A DNA stretch of 62,467 nt, counting the filler. It is 6 parts of 6 records of this genome, joined end to end, with 100 filler letters (N's around TTAATTAATTAA, not from the genome) between each part and the next. Parts side by side here need not be neighbours in the genome. Positions count along the whole stretch, not along the records: positions 34,741 to 41,887 come from SRR31156797_5022; positions 41,988 to 49,973 come from SRR31156797_5039; 4 more parts are not named here. One strand, written 5' to 3'. The notes below the pieces were generated by a model. It ran no database searches, had not been told where the DNA came from, and was given only the letters and a program-made list of their open reading frames with translations. This document shows, piece by piece, positions 39,846 through 50,073 of this stretch (its first letter is position 1; each line of letters starts with the position of its first letter). Made by a program: the position numbers and the translations under genes.

Positions 39846-41237
39846 TTACTTTTTTCCACCTACAGTGATATTACTTACTTTGATACTTGGTTGTCCTACA
39901 TTAGCGGGAATACTTCCACTAACTGATCCACACATACCCTGTCCGTGAGCCAGATTATTACCAACCATCTCTATTTTTTTAAGGATTTCAGGTCCGTTAC
40001 CAATAAGAGTAGCTCCTCTTACAGGAGTAGTGATTTTACCATTTTCGATTAAATAACCTTCCATTACAGCGAAGTTAAAATCACCTGTGGCAGGATTTAC
40101 TGATCCTCCACCCATATATTTAGCGTAGATACCTTTTTCAGTACTTGAGATCATATCCTCGAATTTTGAATCCCCTGAATCGATAAAAGTATTAGTCATT
40201 CTTGAAGTAGGTGCAAATTTATATGATTGCCTTCTTGATGAACCGGTACTCTCCATCCCCATTCTTCTACCGTTTAGTTTATCTATCATATATCCTTTTA
40301 GGATACCGTTTTCGATTAAAACATTTTTTTGAGTTGGCGTTCCTTCATCATCTATATTAAGTGATCCCCACGCATTTGCTATAGTTCCATCATCAATAGC
40401 TGTTACACAATCAGCTGCAACCTTCTCACCAATTTTACCTGCGAATACAGATTGACCTTTTGCAACACTTGTTGCTTCTAGCCCATGCCCGCAAGCTTCG
40501 TGGAATATTACTCCCCCGAACTCATTATCAATTACGACAGGCATAGCTCCACTTGGGCACTCATCTGCAAACAGCATAGTTTTAGCTATTCTTGACGCTT
40601 CTCTTGCATATTCCTCTACATTGATTGAGTCATAAAATTCATATCCCATATGTGCTCCCGGGTTGTAACCACCTGTCTGCATATCCACTCCGTTTGAAGC
40701 AACACTGTTTATCATTACTCTTGTTCTGACTCTTTGATCTTCTTTAAACAGCCCTTCTGAATTAGCAATAAGGATATCTTGTACATTATCAAGGTAATTA
40801 ACTCTAACTTGACTTATTACTTCATCATAATTTTTGGCAGCGTGATAAGCTCTTCTTAATAATTCAACTTTACTTTTGCTCTCGATACTATCAGGCACTT
40901 TAACTATTTTATGTCTGTTTTCCACTTCTTGTTTGATCAGATTAATAGTTATATCTTGTTTTGTACCTTTGATAGCTGAAGCTGCTTCTTTTGCCGTTTT
41001 TAACAAACTCTCTCGATCACTTAGATTAGTATATGCATATACTGAGAATAACTCTTTGAATATTCTTATTCCTATTCCAAAGTCTCTCCCGGAAAGACTT
41101 TTGTCAACCTTCCCTTCTATTAAGGAAATACTCCTGTTCTTTTTATTTTCAACGAATATCTCAGCAAAATCTCCACCTGTTGACAGAGCCTCAGTGAGAA
41201 CTTCTTCAATAATTTTTTTATCAATCATCTGCATCAT
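39846..41237 (-). CDS. tldD: TldD-family metalloprotease
   Basis: FHEACGHGLE, IDDEG.P, RMTNT, GMCG..SG...VGQP. Confidence 0.93.
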   Translation of the reverse strand: MMQMIDKKIIEEVLTEALSTGGDFAEIFVENKKNRSISLIEGKVDKSLSGRDFGIGIRIFKELFSVYAYTNLSDRESLLKTAKEAASAIKGTKQDITINLIKQEVENRHKIVKVPDSIESKSKVELLRRAYHAAKNYDEVISQVRVNYLDNVQDILIANSEGLFKEDQRVRTRVMINSVASNGVDMQTGGYNPGAHMGYEFYDSINVEEYAREASRIAKTMLFADECPSGAMPVVIDNEFGGVIFHEACGHGLEATSVAKGQSVFAGKIGEKVAADCVTAIDDGTIANAWGSLNIDDEGTPTQKNVLIENGILKGYMIDKLNGRRMGMESTGSSRRQSYKFAPTSRMTNTFIDSGDSKFEDMISSTEKGIYAKYMGGGSVNPATGDFNFAVMEGYLIENGKITTPVRGATLIGNGPEILKKIEMVGNNLAHGQGMCGSVSGSIPANVGQPSIKVSNITVGGKK

Positions 41238-41654
41238 TCCTTTCGTAAATTATTTCATTATCTTATTATACTCTATTTTCCTTAGGAATATAAATATTTT
41301 TATACAAACATCTTATAATCGGGATAGAGTTTAATTCTTTGCCTCTTGGGACGAATTAAATCAATCTATTGAATCGAGTGACTAGTAATGAACAAGTGTT
41401 TGAAGAGGTGTAGTAATAATTATACTGAATTATAATTATAAGATTTTATTATGATTTAATAAAAAAAAGTTTTAGTTGTGTTGATGAGAAAAAAATAACG
41501 AAATGTGTGTAAAAGTCAACAAAATAAAATTCTTTATCACTTTAGTAGAGAGTTTGTTTGTGAAAAATAACTAAAAAAACTGTTGAAAACAGACTGGCAA
41601 AATGATATAATCAAAAAAATGGCATATACTAATTAATGAGTAAAAAAACTAGGA

Positions 41655-41858
41655 GTGTTTTGCATGAAAAGAAAGTCTAAAAAAATTCTTATTCTATCAT
41701 TAATAATAGGTAATATTATTCTTATCTACAATAAAATTTTTAGCAAAATTTTGAATGATTTTCATTTAGGGATATTGAATGCTTTGACCTATATTATGCT
41801 ATTATGCAGTATAATTTCTTTGGTACTTTATATTTCTACTTATTATAGATCAAAATAA
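41655..41858 (+). CDS. Small membrane protein
   Basis: AGGAG upstream, two hydrophobic segments, downstream hairpin. Start could be ATG 41664. Confidence 0.55.
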   Translation: MFCMKRKSKKILILSLIIGNIILIYNKIFSKILNDFHLGILNALTYIMLLCSIISLVLYISTYYRSK

Positions 41859-41887
41859 AAGCAGTTTCTAAATTTAGAAACTGCTTT
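41858..41887. terminator. Palindromic hairpin/terminator at contig end
   Basis: AAAGCAGTTTCTAAA/TTTAGAAACTGCTTT perfect dyad directly after the stop codon. Confidence 0.55.
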
Positions 41888-41987
41888 NNNNNNNNNNNNN
41901 NNNNNNNNNNNNNNNNNNNNNNNNNNNNNNNTTAATTAATTAANNNNNNNNNNNNNNNNNNNNNNNNNNNNNNNNNNNNNNNNNNNN
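41888..41987. other. Artificial contig spacer
   Basis: N-run/TTAATTAATTAA/N-run. Confidence 0.98.
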
Positions 41988-41988
41988 T

Positions 41989-42252
41989 AGCATTGAAATC
42001 CGCGAAGACGCCTATATCAATCCCTTTGAGACTGACTGGTATAATGAAGTCAAAGAGTCTCTTACTCCCGGTGATTATCTGAAAACCGATCGTGAAAACA
42101 GAGGGATCAGCCAGAGTGAACTTGGCTCTGCCTTGGGTAAATTTTCCAGGCAGTACATCTCCGATCTCGAACACGGGCGGAAGAATATCAGCCTACCCGT
42201 TGCAAAGAAACTGGCGGCTTATTTTAACAGGCCGGTTAATCGGTATATTTAA
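41989..42252 (+). CDS. XRE-family HTH protein (HigA-like), 5'-truncated
   Basis: Not in the ORF track. Manual translation: ...FETDWYNEVKESLTPGDYLKTDRENRGISQSELGSALGKFSRQYISDLEHGRKNISLPVAKKLAAYFNRPVNRYI*. Confidence 0.85.
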   Translation, partial: SIEIREDAYINPFETDWYNEVKESLTPGDYLKTDRENRGISQSELGSALGKFSRQYISDLEHGRKNISLPVAKKLAAYFNRPVNRYI

Positions 42253-42388
42253 TTTGTACTTTATCCGCTATTTTGTAATCCCAATAAATGAAGTCTCCGG
42301 GAAAGCCGGTGCGGTTCAATGCTTCAGCCTTTCGCTGATAAGCCCATCGACCTTTACAAGCCTGTGACCGCAGCCGCAGATCTTCACT

Positions 42389-43408
42389 TTATGAGGTCAA
42401 CAAAATAGATACTTTGATTTTTTCTTTTTCATTGATCGACGTGCTAAAAGCTTTATTAACTTCGTCTTTTGAGAATTTATGGGTTATATAAGGACCGAGA
42501 TTTAGCTCTCCGGAACTAATGAGAGAGCAGGCCTCCTTAAACTCTGCGGTATACCGAAAAGACCCGGCGATCGTAACTTCCTTACCTACTATCGGTTGAC
42601 CGCAAATACCCAGCTCACCCGTTAATGTTCCTATCTGTACGATAGTACCGCCTTTTTTCACACTTTGAATGGCCCCATTCAGTACCATGGAAACACCCGT
42701 CGTTTCAAAAATGACATCAAACGAATCTTCAGGAAGATCTTCTCCATCCGATACGGTATCAGCACCCATTTCCAGGGCTTTGTCCTTTACATATTCGTTA
42801 ATATCAATGGCCGTGATGTGAGATGCCCCTCTCAGTCTGGCCATCATTATCATTAAAGAACCGATAGCTCCCACTCCGGTAACGGCAATTTTTTTATCCT
42901 TAATGTTGCCGAAACGATTCAGGCCATGGAGTACAACGCTCAAAGGCTCGGCACAGGCAATGTTCTCATAGGGTATTGTCTCGGGAGCGGGTTCGCACTG
43001 GTCAGCCGGGAGTGTTATATACTGTTTAAGCAAACCATGCCTGTGAGGATTAACCGACGCCGTTCCTAAAAATATCCCATTGCGACAAAAGTTTTCCCGA
43101 TGATCCATGCATTCAGGACATTCGCCACAGTAATGGAAAGGATTTAAAAAGACCTTCATACCCTCTTCAAGTCCGTTGTCGACTCCGGAACCGATGCGAG
43201 CCACACGACCGGAGCCTTCATGTCCCAGAATCAGGGGCTCTTTAATGACATAGGAGCCGCAGCATCCATGGGCGTAATAATGCATATCTGAACCGCAGAT
43301 ATTTACGGCGCACACTTCAATCAGAACATGTCCGTCAGGGCAATCCGGTTTGGCTTCCTGTTTTTGCTCAATGAGTCCTTTTTCAGGGAAATAATAGAGG
43401 GAAAACAT
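42389..43408 (-). CDS. Zn-dependent dehydrogenase (L-idonate 5-dehydrogenase/sorbitol DH-like)
   Basis: ICGSD.HYY, LGHEGSG, C..C..C.......C, AEPL.V..HG, G.GAIG, GSFR. Confidence 0.85.
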   Translation of the reverse strand: MFSLYYFPEKGLIEQKQEAKPDCPDGHVLIEVCAVNICGSDMHYYAHGCCGSYVIKEPLILGHEGSGRVARIGSGVDNGLEEGMKVFLNPFHYCGECPECMDHRENFCRNGIFLGTASVNPHRHGLLKQYITLPADQCEPAPETIPYENIACAEPLSVVLHGLNRFGNIKDKKIAVTGVGAIGSLMIMMARLRGASHITAIDINEYVKDKALEMGADTVSDGEDLPEDSFDVIFETTGVSMVLNGAIQSVKKGGTIVQIGTLTGELGICGQPIVGKEVTIAGSFRYTAEFKEACSLISSGELNLGPYITHKFSKDEVNKAFSTSINEKEKIKVSILLTS

Positions 43409-43425
43409 ACAACCTCCTCTCGGCC

Positions 43426-44700
43426 TCAGGAAAAAAGACCGGGTAAAAACATGGTTACCTGGGGGATATAAGTGACAATCATCAGCACAATCAGACTGAC
43501 GATAAGGAATGGCAACACTCCTTTTGTTGCCTCTACTATGGTAATTTTCCCTATACTGGCTCCGGCGAATAGACAGACTCCTATGGGGGGTGTCGTCAGT
43601 CCTATCATCAGATTGAGAACAACCATAACGCCGAAGTGTATGGAATCCATCCCGATGCTCGTCGCCACAGGCAGAAGAACTGGAAATAAAATAACAAGGG
43701 CCGCAATGGTTTCCATAAACATTCCGACAAAAAGAAGGAGTACATTTATGATCAAAAGAAGCAGGATTTTATTTTCTGTAATGCTCACAAGGCCGTTTGC
43801 CAGTAATTGAGGAATCTGTTCGCTAGCGAGAATCCAGCCGAATACCCGGGCAAAACCGACCAGAATCATTATGGAAGCTGAGCTTTTCATAGTAGCGAGA
43901 ATTATCTGGGGGACATCTTTAATCTTCAATTCCTTGTAAATGAAGAATCCGGCTATAAAGGCATAGAGGGACGCGACGATGGACGCTTCCGTGGGAGTAA
44001 CGATCCCCCCCAGGATTCCCCATAGAATAATAACCGTTAACATCAAAGCCCAAAAAGCCTCCAGAAAAGCCTTCATGATTTCCTTTAAACTTTTCCGCTC
44101 CTCTTTGGGATAGTCTCTCTTTTTCGCTAATCCGTATGAAACGGTCATTAAAGCCACACCCAAAAGGATTCCGGGAATGGCTCCCCCGATAAACAGTTTT
44201 GTAACTGACAACCCCGTCATGGTTCCGGCTATGATCATGGGAAGGCTCGGAGGAATAATAGGACCGATTGTTGAACTGGCTACCGTAACCCCGACAGAAA
44301 AATCCGTGTCGTAGCCTTCCTCTTTCATGGCGGGAATCATAACGGCTCCGATACTTACGGTGTCGGCAATAGCCGTTCCAGTGATCCCTGCAAAGAACAT
44401 GGAAGCCAGAACGTTTGCCTGCCCCAGACCGCCTTTGATATGACCGATAAGGGCATTGGAGAATTTGATCAGCTTGCTGGTTATTCCTCCGAAATTCATA
44501 AGATTCCCCGCCAGGATGAATCCCGGGACGCAAAGCAGTACGAATGAATCAATCCCTGTGTACATCTTTTGAGGTACAATGCTTAAAGGAATATCGTTTA
44601 GCAGAAGATAAATAATGGACGAGGCCCCGACACTGAAAGCGATAGGCAATCCGAAAAATAAAAATATGAGAAAAGTAACAAATAATACGACTATTTCCAT
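43426..44700 (-). CDS. dctM: TRAP transporter large permease
   Basis: GPIIPPS, TPTEAS, GLTTPP.G. Confidence 0.93.
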   Translation of the reverse strand: MEIVVLFVTFLIFLFFGLPIAFSVGASSIIYLLLNDIPLSIVPQKMYTGIDSFVLLCVPGFILAGNLMNFGGITSKLIKFSNALIGHIKGGLGQANVLASMFFAGITGTAIADTVSIGAVMIPAMKEEGYDTDFSVGVTVASSTIGPIIPPSLPMIIAGTMTGLSVTKLFIGGAIPGILLGVALMTVSYGLAKKRDYPKEERKSLKEIMKAFLEAFWALMLTVIILWGILGGIVTPTEASIVASLYAFIAGFFIYKELKIKDVPQIILATMKSSASIMILVGFARVFGWILASEQIPQLLANGLVSITENKILLLLIINVLLLFVGMFMETIAALVILFPVLLPVATSIGMDSIHFGVMVVLNLMIGLTTPPIGVCLFAGASIGKITIVEATKGVLPFLIVSLIVLMIVTYIPQVTMFLPGLFS

Positions 44701-44702
44701 GG

Positions 44703-45173
44703 TTATTTCTTCTCTTTTTTTATGAATGTATAAAAATTATGAATTATATGGCACTCAATGAATATCGCCGCACCAACAATGAAGGCATAAGGGATGGCCA
44801 TTGGTATAGCCATAGCCGATGATTTTTGGTCAATCCCCAGACTGATAAAGCTGAATCCCTTTAAAACAATTGCTCCGAAAACCAGAAAAGTTATAATCTG
44901 CACAGCAATTTTCATAAACCTTTTTGCCTTATTCTCAGGGTGATCAATCAGGAACTCAATGTATACAAAGTCTCCGGATTTGTATGCCAGGGGCGTCGCA
45001 GCAGCGATCCCTAAAACAAAGAAAAATCGGGATAGCTCTTCCGTCCAAACAAAGGAAACGGTGTCCATGCGCCTGGTTACAATTTGGAGCATTACTGTAA
45101 TAACGACTCCAAAGAACGCCAGTATTGCAATGGACCCGAGGATCAATTCAATGGGGCCCTTTCTCCTATCCAT
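44703..45173 (-). CDS. dctQ: TRAP transporter small permease
   Basis: QIVTR...WTEELSRF motif, 4 TM helices. AAGGAG before ATG 45173. Confidence 0.88.
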   Translation of the reverse strand: MDRRKGPIELILGSIAILAFFGVVITVMLQIVTRRMDTVSFVWTEELSRFFFVLGIAAATPLAYKSGDFVYIEFLIDHPENKAKRFMKIAVQIITFLVFGAIVLKGFSFISLGIDQKSSAMAIPMAIPYAFIVGAAIFIECHIIHNFYTFIKKEKK

Positions 45174-45261
45174 AATATTCTCCTTATAATTTATGATAAC
45201 AGTAGAACCCCCATTGGTTCTCTCTAAAAAAGGTCTCTCATCTTGAAAGACCCTCATCAGA

Positions 45262-46248
45262 TTATTTTCCGGCTTCTACAATTCTTTCCAAAAGATCAAT
45301 CTGTACGGGTTTCAGCTTAGCTTTAACTGCGGGAAGCATCAGATCCTGGAACGCCTGTTTATCAACATCTGTATTGATTCTCATACCCTTTGACTCGGCA
45401 AAAGCTTTCGCTTCAGCAGTACTGGACGCCAGCTGAGCCTCGGCCCAGGCACCTGCTTTTTCAGCTGCGGCCAGAACGACCTCCTGCAACTCGGGACTCA
45501 AAGCGTTGAACTGCTTTTCGCCGACTACTACATAAATCCAGCCGAAGACATGCTCAGTTTCATTGACATACTTCTGAACTTCATAAAAGGAGGCGCTTAC
45601 AATAAGGTCATAGGGATTTTCCTGCCCTTCAATAACGCCCTGCTGAAGTCCGGTAAAAACTTCACTGAACGCCATAACTTGGGGATTCGCTCCGGAAGCC
45701 TGCCAGGCATCCAGAAATGAGGGAACATTGGGGACTCTCATCTTGAAGCCCTGAAGATCAGAAGGGGAGGAGATGGCCCTGTTAGAGGTCAGGTTACGAG
45801 GAGCTCTTCTATGGAGGTAAAGGGGTTTCAACCCAACTTGTTCCTGAATGGCGGCTTCAATTTCTTTTCCGAGGGGGCCGTTGACCACTTTCTTCATATG
45901 ATCTTCGCTGATAATGGCATATGGAATTCCCAACAAGGCCGCTTCAGGAGCCCAGTTAGACAGGGATTCTCCGGTGATGGTCATTGCGGCGGTGCCTGTT
46001 TTGATCTCATTGATCGTATCCACTTCCGGTCCAAGCTGCTCGTTAGGAAAAATCTGGATTTCCAATGCGCCGTTGCTATTTTTATTTACTTCGTCAGCAA
46101 ACATCATCGCTGTTTTGTGCCAGAGATGATCCTCATTGGTCAGGTGTCCGAATTTCCAAATGGTTTTCTTCTCTTCCTGAGAGCCTCCGGCCATCAATGT
46201 TCCCGCTGAAACAAGAGCGATCAATACCATCAATGCAATCTTTTTCAT
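45262..46248 (-). CDS. dctP: TRAP substrate-binding protein
   Basis: FPNEQLG, KMRVP, MAFSEVFTGLQQGVIEGQENP. Signal with spirochaete-style AGGSQE. Confidence 0.93.
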   Translation of the reverse strand: MKKIALMVLIALVSAGTLMAGGSQEEKKTIWKFGHLTNEDHLWHKTAMMFADEVNKNSNGALEIQIFPNEQLGPEVDTINEIKTGTAAMTITGESLSNWAPEAALLGIPYAIISEDHMKKVVNGPLGKEIEAAIQEQVGLKPLYLHRRAPRNLTSNRAISSPSDLQGFKMRVPNVPSFLDAWQASGANPQVMAFSEVFTGLQQGVIEGQENPYDLIVSASFYEVQKYVNETEHVFGWIYVVVGEKQFNALSPELQEVVLAAAEKAGAWAEAQLASSTAEAKAFAESKGMRINTDVDKQAFQDLMLPAVKAKLKPVQIDLLERIVEAGK

Positions 46249-46358
46249 GTTTTCCTCCGATAGAAAAAAATAATTTATATAACAACCCGTTCCGGGTAAT
46301 TACATCATGCCAAATGCGTCAAAGGCCTCAACTATATTTTATCTCTCCCTAAGAAGAG

Positions 46359-47123
46359 TTAAAAACCGGTAGTAAATCCCCCGTCGATAACCAGGTAGGT
46401 TCCTGTCACGAATGATGAGGCAGGACTGCAGAGGTACACAGCGCCCCATCCTATATCATCAGGTTCTCCATACCTTTTCATGGGTGTATGTCCGAGGATT
46501 TTTTTCTGACGTTCAGGATCATCATCAGTCGCTTTTCTGAACATCGCTGTGTCAATAAATCCGGGCGCAATAGCATTAATCCTTATATTGCTTTCAGAGA
46601 CTTCGCTTGCAATCGTTCTTACAATTCCATGGAGCGAGCTTTTTGCTGCAGAATAAACCGTTGTTTTGTTTAACCCTTTAAATGCACTCATCGAGGAAAT
46701 GTAAAGAATACTGCCTGACTTTCGTTTTTTCATATGAGGTAGTACTGCTTGAGTGAGGGCTGTTGAACCGAAAACATGTACATTGAAGACATTTATGAAA
46801 TCATCATAGGAAACAGCTTCTATCTCTTTCTTGTTATGTACTCCGGCGTTGTTAACAAGTATGTCAATCCTTCCAAAATCTTTAAGAATCGCTTCGATTA
46901 AATCTGGAGCTGATTCATATTTGCTTACATCATGAACGTAATATGATGCGTTTGATAATCTGGAAACTGCATTTTGAAGCTTCTCCTCACTGCTACGGCC
47001 TATCAGAATGACTTTGGCTCCCGCTTCGCTCATACATTTCGCCATGGAAAATCCGAGGCCGCTGCCTCCGCCTGTTATCACAGCGACCTGATCTTTTAAA
47101 CTGAACGCATTAGTGAAATTCAT
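46359..47123 (-). CDS. SDR oxidoreductase (gluconate 5-dehydrogenase/KduD-like)
   Basis: TGGGSGLG, NNAG, YSAAK, NAIAPG, DGG. Confidence 0.88.
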   Translation of the reverse strand: MNFTNAFSLKDQVAVITGGGSGLGFSMAKCMSEAGAKVILIGRSSEEKLQNAVSRLSNASYYVHDVSKYESAPDLIEAILKDFGRIDILVNNAGVHNKKEIEAVSYDDFINVFNVHVFGSTALTQAVLPHMKKRKSGSILYISSMSAFKGLNKTTVYSAAKSSLHGIVRTIASEVSESNIRINAIAPGFIDTAMFRKATDDDPERQKKILGHTPMKRYGEPDDIGWGAVYLCSPASSFVTGTYLVIDGGFTTGF

Positions 47124-47132
47124 TTATTTTTC

Positions 47133-47789
47133 CTATAGTATTCCGTATTTATCAAAAGCGGCTGTCGAGGTCATTCCATTTTCAATGGCCTTTCTTACAA
47201 CTTTCTCGCCTCTGACTTTTTCAAGAGCTGATTCTGTTACTTCTGCAATAACTTTATTGGGGATAACCAAAACTCCGTCAATGTCTCCAAATATTAAATC
47301 TCCCGGTTCAACTCTCACCTGGCCGACTTCGATACCGCAACGGTAATCCGTCACCTGAGTGCGTACGGAAGAATCCTGGGCATAGCGGCCTCTGCTGAAT
47401 ACCGGCCAGTTTTGCGCCAGCATCTGGGGCGTATCTCTGTGGAATCCGTTAATGACAGCGCCTGCCGCTCCTCTTGTCCGGGCTGTCGCTGTGAGCAGCT
47501 CTCCCCAATAGGCACAACGCATATAACCGCCACTTGCTATATAAACTTCATGAGGCTGTAGTTGATCCAGTGCTTCTGTTAAAAGGCCAAACGGCTTTTT
47601 CTGAGGTCCATATACATCGATCATGAGGACAGGCATGGCATATCCGACCAGTTTGAATTGTGTCTGATTCTGTATCTCCTGTGGAAGAAACTGATGGTAA
47701 TAACCCATGGTGTCAAGAATATCTCCGACAACCGGCGTATAAAGCTCTTCCTGAAAGAATTTGAAAAGATCATTGCTGCTTTTGTTCAT
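47133..47789 (-). CDS. RraA/HMG-aldolase-family protein
   Basis: [25 protein letters not shown]. Confidence 0.88.
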   Translation of the reverse strand: MNKSSNDLFKFFQEELYTPVVGDILDTMGYYHQFLPQEIQNQTQFKLVGYAMPVLMIDVYGPQKKPFGLLTEALDQLQPHEVYIASGGYMRCAYWGELLTATARTRGAAGAVINGFHRDTPQMLAQNWPVFSRGRYAQDSSVRTQVTDYRCGIEVGQVRVEPGDLIFGDIDGVLVIPNKVIAEVTESALEKVRGEKVVRKAIENGMTSTAAFDKYGIL

Positions 47790-48850
47790 GTCTGATCTCC
47801 AATAAATGAAAATGCTGCTTTCATATAACCCAGTGCATAGGCCATTCCTGTATACCAGTCCTCCAAGGGGCCCATCAGTGGTGTATGATCGGGGATAAAC
47901 ACCCCGTCGAATCCGGCTTTTTTAAAGGTTTTCAAAGCTTTCAGAATATCGATGTCGCCTTCATCTATGAACACTTCCTGATAAGCGGGAACCTTTCCTT
48001 TCACATTTCTGAAATGGACATAACTTATCTTATTTTGTCCTGCATAGTTTTCGATTGCCTCATATAGATCTCCCTCTGTCATCTCCTGAATGCTTCCCAT
48101 ACAGAACTCTATCTTATTGGAGGTGCTCGGATTCAGGTCTATCAGTCTCTGATACATATGTGGCTGATAAACAAGCCTGGGAGTGCCGCGAAGTATCGGC
48201 ATGGGAGGATCATCAGGATGCAGTGCCATTTCAACACCATTCTCTTCCGCAACAGGTAGAATCGCATCCAGGAAATACTTTAACCGGTCCCAGAACTCAT
48301 CATGAGTAATCTCATTAATAAAACCTTTACGGTTTGGATCGTATGTCATATTCCAAACTTCACCGTTTGGAATGTTTGCATCCATATCCAGCATTGAAGC
48401 ATCAAAACATGCCGATTCAGCTCCGCCTCTTGCAACGTTTAAACGCTGATGTCCCCATACCCCTGCAAGGCTGAAATTGTAGCCGATACTCTTTATTCCC
48501 GCTTTTCCTGTTGATTTGATAATCTTTTTGAGATTCTCCAGCTGTTTCAATTTATTGGGGCCGTCAAGTAGAACGTCATGCCAGTCAATGGGATTGAAGT
48601 TTTCGATTCCGTAGATAGTCAGATTATGCCTTTCGGCCATCTCCTGGAGGCTTTTCATGTTTTCATAGCTCCAGGCTTCAGGTTCGGATAATGAAATACC
48701 GTAGTTTTTAATGGAATCCGAAGAAGTGACGATTTCATCTTTGTAGTACGAAGCCAGATGGATAATCAGATGAGTACATCCCGCCTGTTCGGCAAATGAG
48801 AAACTCTCTTCGTTCAATTGATGACTGTAGAGTCCAAGTCCTAACTTCAT
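47786..48850 (-). CDS. Mannonate dehydratase (UxuA)-family protein
   Basis: [32 protein letters not shown]. Confidence 0.85.
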   Translation of the reverse strand: MKLGLGLYSHQLNEESFSFAEQAGCTHLIIHLASYYKDEIVTSSDSIKNYGISLSEPEAWSYENMKSLQEMAERHNLTIYGIENFNPIDWHDVLLDGPNKLKQLENLKKIIKSTGKAGIKSIGYNFSLAGVWGHQRLNVARGGAESACFDASMLDMDANIPNGEVWNMTYDPNRKGFINEITHDEFWDRLKYFLDAILPVAEENGVEMALHPDDPPMPILRGTPRLVYQPHMYQRLIDLNPSTSNKIEFCMGSIQEMTEGDLYEAIENYAGQNKISYVHFRNVKGKVPAYQEVFIDEGDIDILKALKTFKKAGFDGVFIPDHTPLMGPLEDWYTGMAYALGYMKAAFSFIGDQT

Positions 48851-48988
48851 GGTTATATAATCCTGCTTGTTTTGTGTTTACACTATTGAACATAATTCTA
48901 ATGCTGTGTTTGAGGATTACGATTCCTTACTGACGCTCAATTTATGCTGTATATTGACTTATTTGATTCTTTTGAGTAATAAGAAATT

Positions 48989-49849
48989 ATGATTCATACT
49001 GTGAATTCTACAGATTTGACGATTCTCCATCGTGAATCTCAATATGATTTCCGGACAGAAATCCCAAAGGGGGAATATCCCCAAGTACATGATTTTTACG
49101 AATTCTCTTTTGTTACAAGCGGTTCTTTTTATATGGAGATCGATAATGAGCGGTATTTGGTAGAGGAAGGCGACCTGATAATGATATTTCCGGAGATTGT
49201 TCATGGGAAATATAAAAAAGCGAAGCAGGAGTCATCTCACATAAATTTGGTATTCCTTTCAAGTACAATTAATGAACTGTTTTCATTTCTTTACGGAGAA
49301 TCTCCTGATCAGATGATTCCGGATATATCACAGATAATTGTACGTCTTACTAAAAATGAAAAAAGAAGACTCCAGGCAGCTATGGAGTACTTGGCTTTCT
49401 TTCCTGTTAAGGATCAAAAGGCTAGAATAATTTACGGCAGGAAGTTGCTATGCGACATTATATACCATCATATTATGCCATGTTATCTGGCAATAGAACA
49501 AAATACTATCATTCCCCAGTGGATGCAGAATCTTCTGAAGGAGATGCAGAATCCAGATAACCTCTTTGATGGATTGAAATTTATTCTTGAATATACCGGT
49601 ATGACAGAATCATATCTCTGCAGATGCTTTAAGAAGTATTTGCATACAACACCTACCAGATACATCAATTCGAACAGACTAACTTATGTTGCGAATATGC
49701 TACATCATTCTGATCTGGATATTCTGACTCTTTCAAATAATGCCGGCTTCATTTCTACCAGTTATTTTTATTCCCTTTTCAAATCCGAGTTCGGTGTAAC
49801 TCCCTTGCAGTACAGGAAGATTTATCAGGAAGGACGAAAAATTTTATGA
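48989..49849 (+). CDS. AraC-family transcriptional regulator
   Basis: Cupin HDFYE and a C-terminal double HTH (YLCRCFKK...TP; GF.STSYF..LFK..FG.TP..YR). Divergent from the catabolic operon. Confidence 0.92.
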   Translation: MIHTVNSTDLTILHRESQYDFRTEIPKGEYPQVHDFYEFSFVTSGSFYMEIDNERYLVEEGDLIMIFPEIVHGKYKKAKQESSHINLVFLSSTINELFSFLYGESPDQMIPDISQIIVRLTKNEKRRLQAAMEYLAFFPVKDQKARIIYGRKLLCDIIYHHIMPCYLAIEQNTIIPQWMQNLLKEMQNPDNLFDGLKFILEYTGMTESYLCRCFKKYLHTTPTRYINSNRLTYVANMLHHSDLDILTLSNNAGFISTSYFYSLFKSEFGVTPLQYRKIYQEGRKIL

Positions 49850-49891
49850 CCTTAATTCCTCGTTCGGCTCTATTGATGTTGAATCATTAAT

Positions 49892-49973
49892 ATGAAATCT
49901 AACACTGTCATCTTGGAAGGCCATCTGGTAAGAGATCCCGAGGTGTCCGCGTGGTGGGCCGCCTGAAACAGGA
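49892..49973 (+). pseudogene. ssb: ssb remnant with internal deletion and frameshift
   Basis: MKSNTVILEGHLVRDPE (SSB N-terminus) is joined directly, in another frame, to RGVRVVGRLKQ (SSB mid-domain motif). Confidence 0.65.
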
Positions 49974-50073
49974 NNNNNNNNNNNNNNNNNNNNNNNNNNN
50001 NNNNNNNNNNNNNNNNNTTAATTAATTAANNNNNNNNNNNNNNNNNNNNNNNNNNNNNNNNNNNNNNNNNNNN
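49974..50073. other. Artificial contig spacer
   Basis: N-run/TTAATTAATTAA/N-run. Confidence 0.98.

Noticed and set aside
41320-41372. Imperfect hairpin upstream of tldD (TTTAATTC...GAATTAAA)
   Set aside because: Short AT-rich stem in a low-GC contig, single copy, no recognisable family.
41858-41887. Perfect palindrome at contig end as a hairpin telomere
   Set aside because: It sits right after a stop codon and is simply explained as a terminator or repeat where the assembly broke.
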